A DNA stretch of 21,327 nucleotides from an uncultured delta proteobacterium (GCA_963712115.1 CAVQGX010000048.1:1-21327), one strand, 5' to 3'; numbered from the stretch's first letter, positions 8,600 to 17,703 are shown. Made by a program: numbers and translations. Notes: generated from the letters alone by a model not told the origin.

Positions 8600-11500
8600 A
8601 TGGAAACGAATCCATACCTTACAAAAAAGCCGTGCAAAAATTTGTCGCCTAAAACATCTGTGAAGAACACAGTTCTTTTTTTCATTATCATCTCATTTCT
8701 ACTGCCGGCATGCTCAAAGAAAATGTCTTTGGAAGAGGCCAAGGAAGTATCTATCTCTATAAGCGGAAAATCCTTTGTCCCTCCACCTCGCCGCATTGAT
8801 GACATTACGAAAATCCTTGATGAGAAGCCCCCTGATTCGACAACTGTTGAAAACCTCCAGTCAACAGCTGACTCGGTTCCTTCGGCAGGCGCGAGCACGG
8901 TGGAACTCCAGGAGTTCTATTATCAGCGGGGCATTGCTGCTGCAACACTTGGTCGATATAAACAGAGTTTAATGGACCTTCGCCAGGCCGTGAGCTTGTT
9001 CGGAGATTTTTCCTCCAGGACGCCTACAATTCATAAAATGATCATAGACTCGGCCCTGGCGGAGGCTCGAGTCAACAATTTCAGAGCAGGAATCGAGTTT
9101 GCGGAACGAATGCGGACGAAGTTTCCTAATTGGGCAGGAGTGAACAATTTGCTGGTCTCTTTATATGCTCTTGCTGGCGACTTGGAGAGTGCCGAAAAAG
9201 CCAGGGATCGGGCGCTTGAAATAATGTCGAAATGGCGAGACTCTTCCAACAACAACATCTGGAGGCGATACAACAGCGCGGGTGATGAAGGCTGCAATAT
9301 TAGAGGCCGGAGGCCGTTACCAGGAAGCCGAATTTTTGCGAAGAATAGCACTCAGGCTCAGCATGACTGCCACGGTAAAATCAGAATACCCCAGACCCCC
9401 CATTTTATGCCGTCGTTGGTTGGCAATAAATCTAATGGCACAGAGCCGCTTGGTAGAAGCGGAGGTGGAGGCACGACAGGCATTGTTAGACGCCATAAAT
9501 ACGTTTGGCAGTAGATCCCTGGACACGCGATGGAGTGTTGAGGTTCTGGCCAATATATTGTCAAAGCAGGGTCGGCATGGGGAAGCGGAAAGGCTACTTG
9601 TAAAACTTATTAGCATGATGAAAAATGGTGGAATATCAGATGATTCTCCAGTAATGGGTTGGACCAGATATGAGCTTGGGAATGTGTTAATTGAACTGGG
9701 AGATTGGTCAGGAGCGGCGAAAGAATTTCGCTTGGCGCGGGTCAGTCTGGAGAAAGAGCCTGCCATTTTCAAGAATAGATATCTGCTAAGAACAGCCCCG
9801 GCCTTGGCCCAGTTGAGAACGGGTGATCCGAAAAATGCCTTAGAATTGTTGCAAAAAGCTCAACAAACCGCTGAACAGGATCTGGGGATAGATCACCAGA
9901 GAACAAGAGAAATCCTCGGTCTACTCGCAGTTGCTCTTTTCGATACCGGGGATACTGCACGGGCATTAGATTTATTCTCTAGTGAGGTTCCCAAATTGCT
10001 GGAAAATGGAGCTGTTGGCGCGCAACAAAAGAAGATGATACTGGAAAGATACATTGACTTGCTCGCTCGAAATCAGGGGTACCTCAGTTGAAGGAAAAGC
10101 GGGTGTCAGCGCTGTGGCTGAGGCTTTTCGCATCGCCGGAGCGCTTCAAGCACAGTCGGTCCAATACGCTCTTGCTCAAAGCCTAACGCGAGCCGCCCTG
10201 AATACTCCGGAAATGGCTGATATTGCCCGGCGCGAGCAGGACGCCAAGATACAAATCGATGCACTGGAAACCTTACTTTCCGACCATCTGGCAGCACCGG
10301 TGGATCAGCAATACCCAGAGGTAGTGGCGGAACTGCGGGAAAGCATAACCAGGTTGCGCCATGCCCATGACGGTGCTGCTCGAACAGATTAAAATAGAAA
10401 CCCCCAAGTACGCTAAGCTGCTCAGTCCACCGCCGGCAACTGTGGAGGAGGTGCAGGAACAGCTTCGCTTGGGCGAGGCCCTGGTCTCGATTCATCCTAC
10501 TGTTTCAAAAACCTATGTATGGGCAATAACATCAGAGGGCAATGTCCAATTTGCCGTTGCACCCTTTGGCAAAACCTATGCTAACGAATCCATAAGACTC
10601 CTGCGCAGAGCTCTCGCTCCTGAAGCTCAAACCTTTGGAGATATATCCGAATTTGATCTGGCGCGGGCTTACGAGCTCTACTTCAACCTCCTCAAACCAG
10701 TCGAATCTACCTGGAAAGGGGCGAGGGACCTAATAATCGTTGCAACTGGACCGCTAGCTCAGATACCGTTTTCAATTTTACCCACCGCCCCTGTCAGCCT
10801 TGGAAAGGAAGAAGGAGAACTCTTCAGTAAATATAAAAACGTCCCGTGGCTCATTCGTCGAGTTTCTATAACGAGAGTTCCCACAGCCTCTTCTTTTATC
10901 AGTTTACGTACTCTTCCTATGAGTGCTCCTTTTCGTAAGGCTTTTTTAGGTTTTGGCGATCCTTTTTTTAATATAGAACAGCTAGCTCAGGCGAAGGAAC
11001 AAAGAATCGATCGTAAATTAGTGCTGGCAAAGCGAGGAAGAGCTTTGCATGTTCGAGGTATCCGGGTCACCGAAAGCGGCACGCTTGACAACGACTCGAT
11101 CACCTCAATCAATTTGGCTCTGTTGAATCGCCTCCCTGACACTGCCGGGGAGATAATGGGCATTGCCAAGGCATTGGATGCCGATTCCTCTCGAGACGTT
11201 TTTTTGGGCGAAAGGGCGTCAGAGAGCCAGGTCAAAGCCATGGATATGTCTGACCGCCGGGTAATAGCTTTTGCTACCCATGCTCTGGTGCCAGGTGATT
11301 TGGATGGTTTGGATCAGCCCGCCCTTGCTCTTTCCTCACCGGTAGTTACGGGTGAAGCTGAAGATGGCCTTCTAACCATGGAAGAAATCTTTCAATTGAA
11401 ACTCAATGCCGACTGGGTTGTGCTCTCGGCCTGCAACACCGGTGCTGCGGAAGGAGCGGGTGCCGAGGCTGTTTCGGGTCTCGGCCGCGCATTTTTCTAC

Positions 11501-11770
11501 GCTGGAACTAGAGCGCTTCTTGTTAGCATGTGGCCGGTAGAAACAACCTCGGCTAGAAAGCTTACCACTGGGCTTTTCGCCTATCAAAGGGACAACACAA
11601 AGATCTCCCGGGCAAGAGCACTCCGCCAGTCCATGCTTGCACTGATTGATGGCCCGGGATTGAAGGATGAGGCTACCGGTAAAGTTGTCGCAAGTTACTC
11701 ACATCCGCTTTTTTGGGCTCCCTTTGTCATAGTCGGAGAGGGCGGGGCACCGCTCTTGACTGAGAAGTAG
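8600..11770 (+). pseudogene. TPR + CHAT (caspase-like protease) lipoprotein split into four ORFs by three +1 frameshifts
   Basis: LPAC lipobox, TPR-like helices, CHAT motifs GFGDP, RLPDT, FATHAL (His), VLSACNT (Cys), HPLFWAPF. Removing one base near 9280 (GGG), 10070 (AAA or GGGG) and 10367 (CCC) gives one continuous frame. Confidence 0.85.
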
Positions 11771-12045
11771 GGTTTAAATATTTGGCCTTTCTTACCTATA
11801 ACTTCATCATCTTGTGCTAGGGCAGAAGTTTAGCTTAATCTAAGCTCACCCCTCTTCCTTTGAACGACCCCAGTTAAAACTAAAATGGTCGCTTGCACTC
11901 CAGATATGACGCCAGAGGCTCACCCTTTGGGTCCCTGTAAGCTCGGCGGTGGGGGTTTGTGATCCTTAAACATTGATTATCTTCAGTGGATATGTGGTAT
12001 AAACGCAGCAAGGTTGAAGAGCTACATGAAGCTAGAGGGTTCAAC

Positions 12046-12390
12046 ATGAAAAAAAATGATTGGATGTATTTTGTGAATGTCCTGCTCTTTGTGGACATCT
12101 GTTCTATTTTCGCCATCGGACTACTTTTGGCTGTTGTAATCCCTTCCGGCAGGGGTCGTTATACAGAAAAATATTTCATTGGATTACACAGGCACGATTG
12201 GGCAGATCTTCACTTCTACCTTGCACTATTCCTAGTAGTGCTTTTGATCTTGCATGTCTGGTTGAACTGGAAATGGGTGGCCCAGGCTACTAAGAGATAT
12301 TTCTCTGACCGATGGAAGAAAGCCCTAGTAGGTTTGTCTTGTGCTTGGCTAATTGTGCTTCTCTTTGGTTGGGTGATAATGAAATTTTGA
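12046..12390 (+). CDS. DUF4405-like small membrane protein
   Basis: Three TM segments with FIGLHRHDWADLHFY...LILHVWLNWKWV, the His pattern of DUF4405. Start ATG 12046 after GAGGG. Confidence 0.8.
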   Translation: MKKNDWMYFVNVLLFVDICSIFAIGLLLAVVIPSGRGRYTEKYFIGLHRHDWADLHFYLALFLVVLLILHVWLNWKWVAQATKRYFSDRWKKALVGLSCAWLIVLLFGWVIMKF

Positions 12391-12400
12391 CGATAATGAC

Positions 12401-12526
12401 TGGAAGCACAAGTTTGATCTTCGACCATATTGGAAAGCCGACAAGGAAGCAAGAAACGGGAAGTTGAATATCTGGTCACAAGAGAATTATGTTTATCCGA
12501 AGGAGTGGAGGAAGGGGAAGCGTAGA
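12401..12526 (+). pseudogene. 3' remnant of a thermonuclease (SNase-like) gene
   Basis: Translates as WKHKFDLRPYWKADKEARNGKLNIWSQENYVYPKEWRKGKRR, matching the SNase C-terminal pattern A..EAR..K..IW......P.EWR. No start or catalytic half. Confidence 0.6.
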
Positions 12527-12530
12527 AAGA

Positions 12531-12590
12531 CAACTATATTTTGTGAGAGAGTAAATTTAAGCGGAGTGTGAATTAATGGATGTAATCCAC
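12531..12590 (+). repeat. Composite box + dif-like site, copy A (interrupted by the IS1111-type element; continues at 13882)
   Basis: CTATATTTTG 12534-12543, 22 bp, GTGTGAATTAA-TGGATG-TAATCCAC|TTT from 12566. Confidence 0.8.
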
Positions 12591-12605
12591 ACCTATGAAA
12601 AAGCT

Positions 12606-12776
12606 GTTTGTCAAGTCAAAGATCTCTGTAACTGCCCGCTTGTAACCACGATATTGGGCTCATCGCCAAACACCTATCCGTGTTCACTCAAAGATGTCAC
12701 ACTATCATGTATGTGATAAACGGCGTCCCAATCACTTTCTCGGCCTCACCTTTTGTGGGCCATGTGGATTAACGGG
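12606..12776 (-). ncRNA. Bridge/seekRNA candidate of the IS1111-type element
   Basis: Two consecutive stem-closed internal loops on the minus strand, carrying TAATCCAC + GAAAGTG (target flanks) and ATCACA + ATAGGTGT (circle junction). Exact RNA ends are unknown. Confidence 0.8.
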
Positions 12777-13793
12777 TTACGCACATACAGGATAGGTCTC
12801 CATGTAAGGTGTTTGGTTTTTCCAAACGTAGAAAGCGTACTGCAAGATCTTATGGGCTGTGGCCACAATGGCCTTTTGATAGCCCGCCTTGACGATTCTT
12901 CTCCGGAAGAAAACACGCAAGCGGCAATTTTGCATTCTGGCTGCAGCCTGGGCAGCTTCGACCAGGGCGGTGCGCAGGTAGCGGGATCCTTGTTTGGTTA
13001 TCCTGCCCCTTTTCTCTTTGCCAGCACTGGCATCTAAACAAGGCACCAGACCAGCGTAAGAAGCCAGGTTCCGATATGAGCGAAAGCGGGAGATATCGTC
13101 TACCTCCGCTACAATGAACATGGCTGTGATAGGTCCAATGCCAGGGATAGTCATAAGAAGCTGGGCTGTATGGTTTTCCTTTGCCAGGACACGGACTCTT
13201 TTGCTTAAAGGCTCAATCTGCTCTTGGAGCCCTTGATAAAGTGAAAGATAAGTCTCGACTTGTCGGCGGTGGTAATCTGGCAAGTCAATCTCTTTGATAT
13301 AGCTCAATCCCTGAATACCAAAAAGATCGCTAAAAGGACTTCTGAAATTATTCTTCATCAGCAGCATATGAATACGGTTCTTCATGCGGGTGGCATCTCG
13401 AACCAATCTGCTTCTATGACGAAGTAGTTCCTTGAGTTTGCGTGTCTCAAGGCTGCTTACATGAACGGTAGAGATCAAATCATCCCTTAGAAGCTGAGCC
13501 AGCATATGAGAGTCTATCTTGTCGTTTTTGATCTTGGCCGAAGCAATGGCCTTGGTCTTCACTGGATTGGAGATCGCAACCTCAAAACCTTCTCCCGTAA
13601 GAAGATCATACAGCCAGTACCACGATGACATAGATTCAATGACGATTTTGCTCTCTTTGTCTAGGGTCGCAAAGTAAGCCAAAATGTCCTCTTCTACATT
13701 CTGCAGGTTGGATCGGGTGACGATCTTTCCATCTTCATCGATAGTAGTAATAAAAGATGTTTTCTTGTGTAAATCAATCCCAGTATAATACAT
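12777..13793 (-). CDS. IS110-family DEDD transposase/recombinase
   Basis: GIDLHK, IES, KNDKIDS (DEDD), IPGIGP, YAGLVP...ASAG (catalytic Ser region), ITKQGSRYLR. SD AAGGAGG. Confidence 0.97.
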   Translation of the reverse strand: MYYTGIDLHKKTSFITTIDEDGKIVTRSNLQNVEEDILAYFATLDKESKIVIESMSSWYWLYDLLTGEGFEVAISNPVKTKAIASAKIKNDKIDSHMLAQLLRDDLISTVHVSSLETRKLKELLRHRSRLVRDATRMKNRIHMLLMKNNFRSPFSDLFGIQGLSYIKEIDLPDYHRRQVETYLSLYQGLQEQIEPLSKRVRVLAKENHTAQLLMTIPGIGPITAMFIVAEVDDISRFRSYRNLASYAGLVPCLDASAGKEKRGRITKQGSRYLRTALVEAAQAAARMQNCRLRVFFRRRIVKAGYQKAIVATAHKILQYAFYVWKNQTPYMETYPVCA

Positions 13794-13981
13794 GGTGGCT
13801 ACCTCCTTTGTTTTGGGTTTCCCTCAAAGACCCCTTGTATAATACAAGGCCTCGAAGGAGGTAGCTTTTTCATATGATCACTTTCACAGTTCTCGAGATC
13901 AGTTTACCTTACTCATCATTAGTTAAGATCGCTCTCTCCTATTCAACCATCGAGTTTTTGCCAAAAAAAAGCTTCTCTCCC

Positions 13982-14010
13982 TTGACACTCATTGATTTTT
14001 AGATAATAAT
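13982..14010 (+). promoter_or_regulatory. Sigma-70 promoter candidate for the PKD gene
   Basis: TTGACA-17 nt-AATAAT, about 150 bp upstream of the CDS. Confidence 0.4.
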
Positions 14011-14156
14011 TTAAGAAGGTTATGTGCAAATTTCTGCTTACTTTTGACAGATAATTACACAAGTCACATTCCTGCGCTCTAATGCCCTCGATTTCAGATC
14101 ACTCTGTAATCTCAGAATAGGTGCTGAATATCTAACCAGTTGAATAAAAAACAACT

Positions 14157-16337
14157 ATGGTTATGTTGATGAAAACACGTTTCTTAACCACTTTCCTCTT
14201 TATTTTTCTCTTCCATACTTTTTCAGCCTCACAAGTTTTCGCAAAGGCTAAGGCAGGACGAGACCAAACCGTGGAAGAGGGTGACACGGTAATTTTGGAT
14301 GGATCTACATCGTATCTTAAAGGTGGCATTGACACTTATCAGTGGCAACAGACGGGCGGAAGCCCGACAGTGGTTCTAATAGGGGCTAATTCGGCTCATG
14401 CTAGTTTCGTTGCCCCAGATGTTGGAGTTGGTGGGACATTACTAACTTTTCAACTAACTGTCAGCAATGGTTCTGGGAAGTCTGATAAAGATACCACTAG
14501 GGTCCGTGTACTACATAGTAACGATCCGCCCATAGCAGATTCCGGCGATGACCAGACAGTGGACGAAGAAACCACAGTTACCCTGGATGGATCCAATTCT
14601 TATGATCCGGATCCTGGCGACAGCATTACTTATAAATGGGAGCAGATAGGGGGAAGCTCGACAGTAGAGTTGACTGGTGCTAATTCAGCGAAGGCAAGCT
14701 TTACTGCACCTAATGTTCTTAACGACACAAAACTGGACTTCCAGTTAACCGTCACTGATAGTTCAGGTTCCTCCGATACGGATAGAACTTCTGTGAATGT
14801 GCGAGGAGATAACGATCCTCCAATTGCAGAGGCAGGTCCGAATCAGAATGTAAATGAAGGCAGTCTTGTTATTTTGAATGGATCCAATTCTTATGATTCG
14901 GACCTTGGTGATACCATCACTTACCAGTGGATACAGACTGGTGGGAACCCGACTGTTACGCTGAACGGAGCAAATACAGCCACCCCTAGTTTTACCGCTC
15001 CAAATGTTAGAGTAGAAGGAGCATCGTTAACTTTCAAGTTGACAGTGACTGATTTCGGCAGGTTGGAAGATAGCGATACTACAGTTGTAAATGTAAGCTT
15101 CGTGAACCAACCGCCTATAGCTGATGCTGGTCCAAATCAGACGATGGGGGAGGAGACTGAGGTTACTCTGGACGGATCCAATTCCAGTGATCCGGACCAA
15201 GGCGATGGCATTAAATCTTATCGGTGGAGGCAAACAGCTGGATCTGAAGTAAAATTGTCTGACGACAGGGCGGTCAAATCCACCTTTAAGGCCCCGAATG
15301 TGGTAGGTAGCAGATCACTTACATTGGAATTAACGGTTACCGATTTTGGGGGATTGCAATCTTCAGATACTACGATTGTCAATGTGACCGGAGACAATGA
15401 TCCTCCCACGGCAGATGCGGGTCCTGATCAAACGATGGGGGAGCAGACTGAGGTTACTTTGGACGGATCCAATTCCAGTGATCCGGATGATGGAATCAAA
15501 TCTTATCGGTGGAGGCAAACAGCTGGACCTCTGGTCACTTTGTCTAATCCTCAGGCCAAGAAACCCACCTTTAAGGCTCCGAATGTGGTAGGTAGCAGAT
15601 CACTTACATTCGAATTAACGGTTACCGATTTTGGGGGATTGCAATCTTCAGATACTACGATTGTCAATGTGACCGGAGACAATGATCCTCCCACGGCCAA
15701 AGCAGGAATTGATCAGACGGTCGAAGAAAATACTATAGTTGTCCTAGACGGCTCCACTTCATTTGATCCGGATGGCGGCATTAAGTCCTATCAGTGGGAA
15801 CAAATAGCCGGACCAGCGGTAACCTTGTCCGACCCGACTGTAGCTCAACCTAGCTTTACGGTTCCGAATGTTGGAGCAGATGGAGTATCACTAACCTTCG
15901 AGATGACCATAACGGATGTAGACGGTTTGCAGTCAGCGGATACTGTGATTGTAAATGTCACAGGGGATAATGATCCTCCCGCAGCAAATGCTGGAATTGA
16001 TCAGACGGTGCTGGAGAAAGGTACAGTCACTTTAGACGGCTCCACTTCATTTGATCCGGATGACGGCATTGCATCATATCGGTGGAAACAGGTAGCAGGA
16101 CCCTCGGTCACCCTTTCCGATCCCACAGAGGATCGACCGACCTTTGAGGCTCCAAGTTTTGATGACAGTGGTGACCAACCACTAATCTTTGAGTTGATAG
16201 TTACAGATAATGGCGGTTTGCAGTCTAGTGATTCAACAACTGTTTCGGTCTCAAATTATGAGAAAGATAACCCGGGCGCATCGGGAGGCGGTTGTTTTAT
16301 CGACACCGCAGCCTACGGGTTCCGTAGGGCAAAATAG
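14157..16337 (+). CDS. Secreted/surface protein with seven tandem PKD/REJ-like Ig domains and a C-terminal GGGCFI motif
   Basis: Signal peptide; seven repeats of AxAGxDQTV...LDGSxSxD...YxWxQ...FxAP...LTVTD; ends GASGGGCFIDTAAYG (CFI-box-CTERM-like). Confidence 0.9.
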   Translation: MVMLMKTRFLTTFLFIFLFHTFSASQVFAKAKAGRDQTVEEGDTVILDGSTSYLKGGIDTYQWQQTGGSPTVVLIGANSAHASFVAPDVGVGGTLLTFQLTVSNGSGKSDKDTTRVRVLHSNDPPIADSGDDQTVDEETTVTLDGSNSYDPDPGDSITYKWEQIGGSSTVELTGANSAKASFTAPNVLNDTKLDFQLTVTDSSGSSDTDRTSVNVRGDNDPPIAEAGPNQNVNEGSLVILNGSNSYDSDLGDTITYQWIQTGGNPTVTLNGANTATPSFTAPNVRVEGASLTFKLTVTDFGRLEDSDTTVVNVSFVNQPPIADAGPNQTMGEETEVTLDGSNSSDPDQGDGIKSYRWRQTAGSEVKLSDDRAVKSTFKAPNVVGSRSLTLELTVTDFGGLQSSDTTIVNVTGDNDPPTADAGPDQTMGEQTEVTLDGSNSSDPDDGIKSYRWRQTAGPLVTLSNPQAKKPTFKAPNVVGSRSLTFELTVTDFGGLQSSDTTIVNVTGDNDPPTAKAGIDQTVEENTIVVLDGSTSFDPDGGIKSYQWEQIAGPAVTLSDPTVAQPSFTVPNVGADGVSLTFEMTITDVDGLQSADTVIVNVTGDNDPPAANAGIDQTVLEKGTVTLDGSTSFDPDDGIASYRWKQVAGPSVTLSDPTEDRPTFEAPSFDDSGDQPLIFELIVTDNGGLQSSDSTTVSVSNYEKDNPGASGGGCFIDTAAYGFRRAK

Positions 16338-16375
16338 TTTGTGATAGGAAAAAGTTGATCGGGGCGGAATTTTAG

Positions 16376-16404
16376 AAAGGCAAGACATTGGTCTTGCCTT
16401 TTTT
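16376..16404 (+). terminator. Rho-independent terminator
   Basis: AAAGGCAAGAC-ATTG-GTCTTGCCTTT-TTT after the PKD gene. Confidence 0.85.
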
Positions 16405-16455
16405 GCTTTACCATCTGAAGTTTCTGCTGGTCTGCTTAAACTGTGCATACTTTAA

Positions 16456-16991
16456 CTTGAAAATTCCCCGCAGCTTGCTGCGGGGTCTCTCCCTGTGCTA
16501 ATCAGGGAGTATGTCAGATGATACAGTAAGCAAAGGTTACCATTGCGCTTGGCAAATTCACTATCACATCGTATTTCCGGTGAAATACCGCAAAGCATTG
16601 TTGGACTTGGAAGTGGTGGAAATCATTGTAGAGACGGCTGAAGGTATTGCTGAGAGGTATGCCATTGAGATGGAAGCCATTGGTTGTGACAAAGAACATA
16701 TACACCTGCTATGTGGTGCCCATCCAAAGATAGCACCCGGTAGGATTGTTCAGATATTCAAAAGTATCACGGCACGCGAAATATTTCGACGTAAGCCATC
16801 AGTGAAAAAGGAGCTCTGGGGTGGCGAGTTTTGGACAGACGGCTACTATGTTGCAACAGTTGGTGAAAGGGCCAACTGGGATACAGTAGAAAAGTACATC
16901 AAGAGCCACGGTAGACCCAAAGCCGATCTCAAACAACTCAAACTGTTCGAATAAGGTTTGATACCCTGCAGCTTGCTGCAGGGTCATTCAT
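16456..16991 (+). mobile_element. IS200-type element (tnpA only)
   Basis: Subterminal hairpins CCCCGCAGC-TT-GCTGCGGGG (16466-16485) and ACCCTGCAGC-TT-GCTGCAGGGT (16963-16984). Right end probably TCAT at 16991 with guide GATA, by analogy with IS608 pairing rules. Left end uncertain by several bases. Confidence 0.88.
16511..16954 (+). CDS. tnpA: IS200/IS605 Y1 (HUH) transposase
   Basis: YHIVFPVKYRK, EHIHLL (HUH), KSITAR, LWGGEFWTDGYYVATVG, KYI (catalytic Tyr). Confidence 0.97.
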   Translation: MSDDTVSKGYHCAWQIHYHIVFPVKYRKALLDLEVVEIIVETAEGIAERYAIEMEAIGCDKEHIHLLCGAHPKIAPGRIVQIFKSITAREIFRRKPSVKKELWGGEFWTDGYYVATVGERANWDTVEKYIKSHGRPKADLKQLKLFE

Positions 16992-17041
16992 TCTAAACTT
17001 TTGTATTCTCACATTTAGGCACCACATCTAGGGTAAAGCGA

Positions 17042-17220
17042 TCACTTTTTTCTCTTCTTCCTCCTAAACTCCCAAGGCGATATGCGATCAGGATCAGCCC
17101 ACAATCCTCGCTTGTCCATCCTGGCCCCTATCTGCAAGCCCTTCCAAGTCTCACAAATGGGATGGTGGCAATGCTTCCAATATACCCACGCCAGACCAGC
17201 ATTGAGCAGTTTTTCTCTTT
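17042..17220 (-). pseudogene. 3' remnant of a thermonuclease (SNase-like) gene
   Basis: LLNAGLAWVY...C..W..LQ..AR..KRGLWADP..ISPWEFR is the SNase C-terminal half. The DGDT and DRYGR catalytic parts are not found upstream. Confidence 0.8.
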
Positions 17221-17316
17221 TTCGTAATACCCATCCTGGCATCAATATTGCCGTACTATTCTACGTATAGGATTTCAATAATGGAATACAACCCTTCTAA
17301 CACAAGGGAGGTTGTT

Positions 17317-17487
17317 ATGGTTCAGCCAGGTGCTATGGTTGCCGCAATTATTGGTGTAGCAAAAGGGGCAAAAAAAATGGTGGAAGCGGACCGCATACAT
17401 CTAGAGAGACTTAAAACTGACCCTGAGTACCGTGAGGCAGTTGAAAGGAAGAGGAAAGAGCTGAAAGAGAAATCGAATAAAGAATAG
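17317..17487 (+). CDS. Small hypothetical protein (56 aa)
   Basis: Strong SD AAGGGAGG before ATG 17317; hydrophobic N-terminus then a charged helical tail. Confidence 0.6.
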   Translation: MVQPGAMVAAIIGVAKGAKKMVEADRIHLERLKTDPEYREAVERKRKELKEKSNKE

Positions 17488-17529
17488 CAAAAGGCAAGAG
17501 AAACCAGCATATGTTACCTTGCATGGCAA

Positions 17530-17559
17530 TTGACACACAAGGTTCGCCCATCCTATACT
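17530..17559 (+). promoter_or_regulatory. Sigma-70 promoter candidate
   Basis: TTGACA-18 nt-TATACT upstream of the methyltransferase locus. Confidence 0.5.
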
Positions 17560-17703
17560 TCTTCCAATCGAAAGGGAGTTCTTATCAGTATTTTAACCCC
17601 GTCAGGGTCTAAGGAATTTGCGATTGAAAGTGTTGAGTGACGCGTCTCACCTGATTGCCAACTCTGCATCTTCTCGCGTATACAGAAAATACAGGTGGAA
17701 AAG

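Larger units (their letters stand above)
12591..13881 (-). mobile_element. IS110-family, IS1111-type insertion sequence
   Basis: Perfect 12-bp subterminal IRs TATGAAAAAGCT (12594-12605) / AGCTTTTTCATA (13863-13874). CAC core at both junctions (12588-12590, 13879-13881). IRs lie 3 and 7 nt from the ends, giving 10 bp between IRs in the circle as in IS1111. Long non-coding region downstream of the transposase. Confidence 0.92.

Noticed and set aside
8600-11770. CHAT protease as part of a CRISPR-associated (Craspase) system, or programmed frameshifting
   Set aside because: No cas genes or arrays; the protein has a lipoprotein signal; the junctions lack classic slippery heptamers.
14003-14031. 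Extra dif-like site TAATTTAA-GAAGG-TTATGTGCAAAT
   Set aside because: Spacer is 5 nt, the upstream box is missing, and it overlaps an AT-rich promoter.
16954-17041. tnpB or omega-RNA associated with IS200
   Set aside because: The right-end hairpin follows tnpA directly, leaving no room for tnpB.
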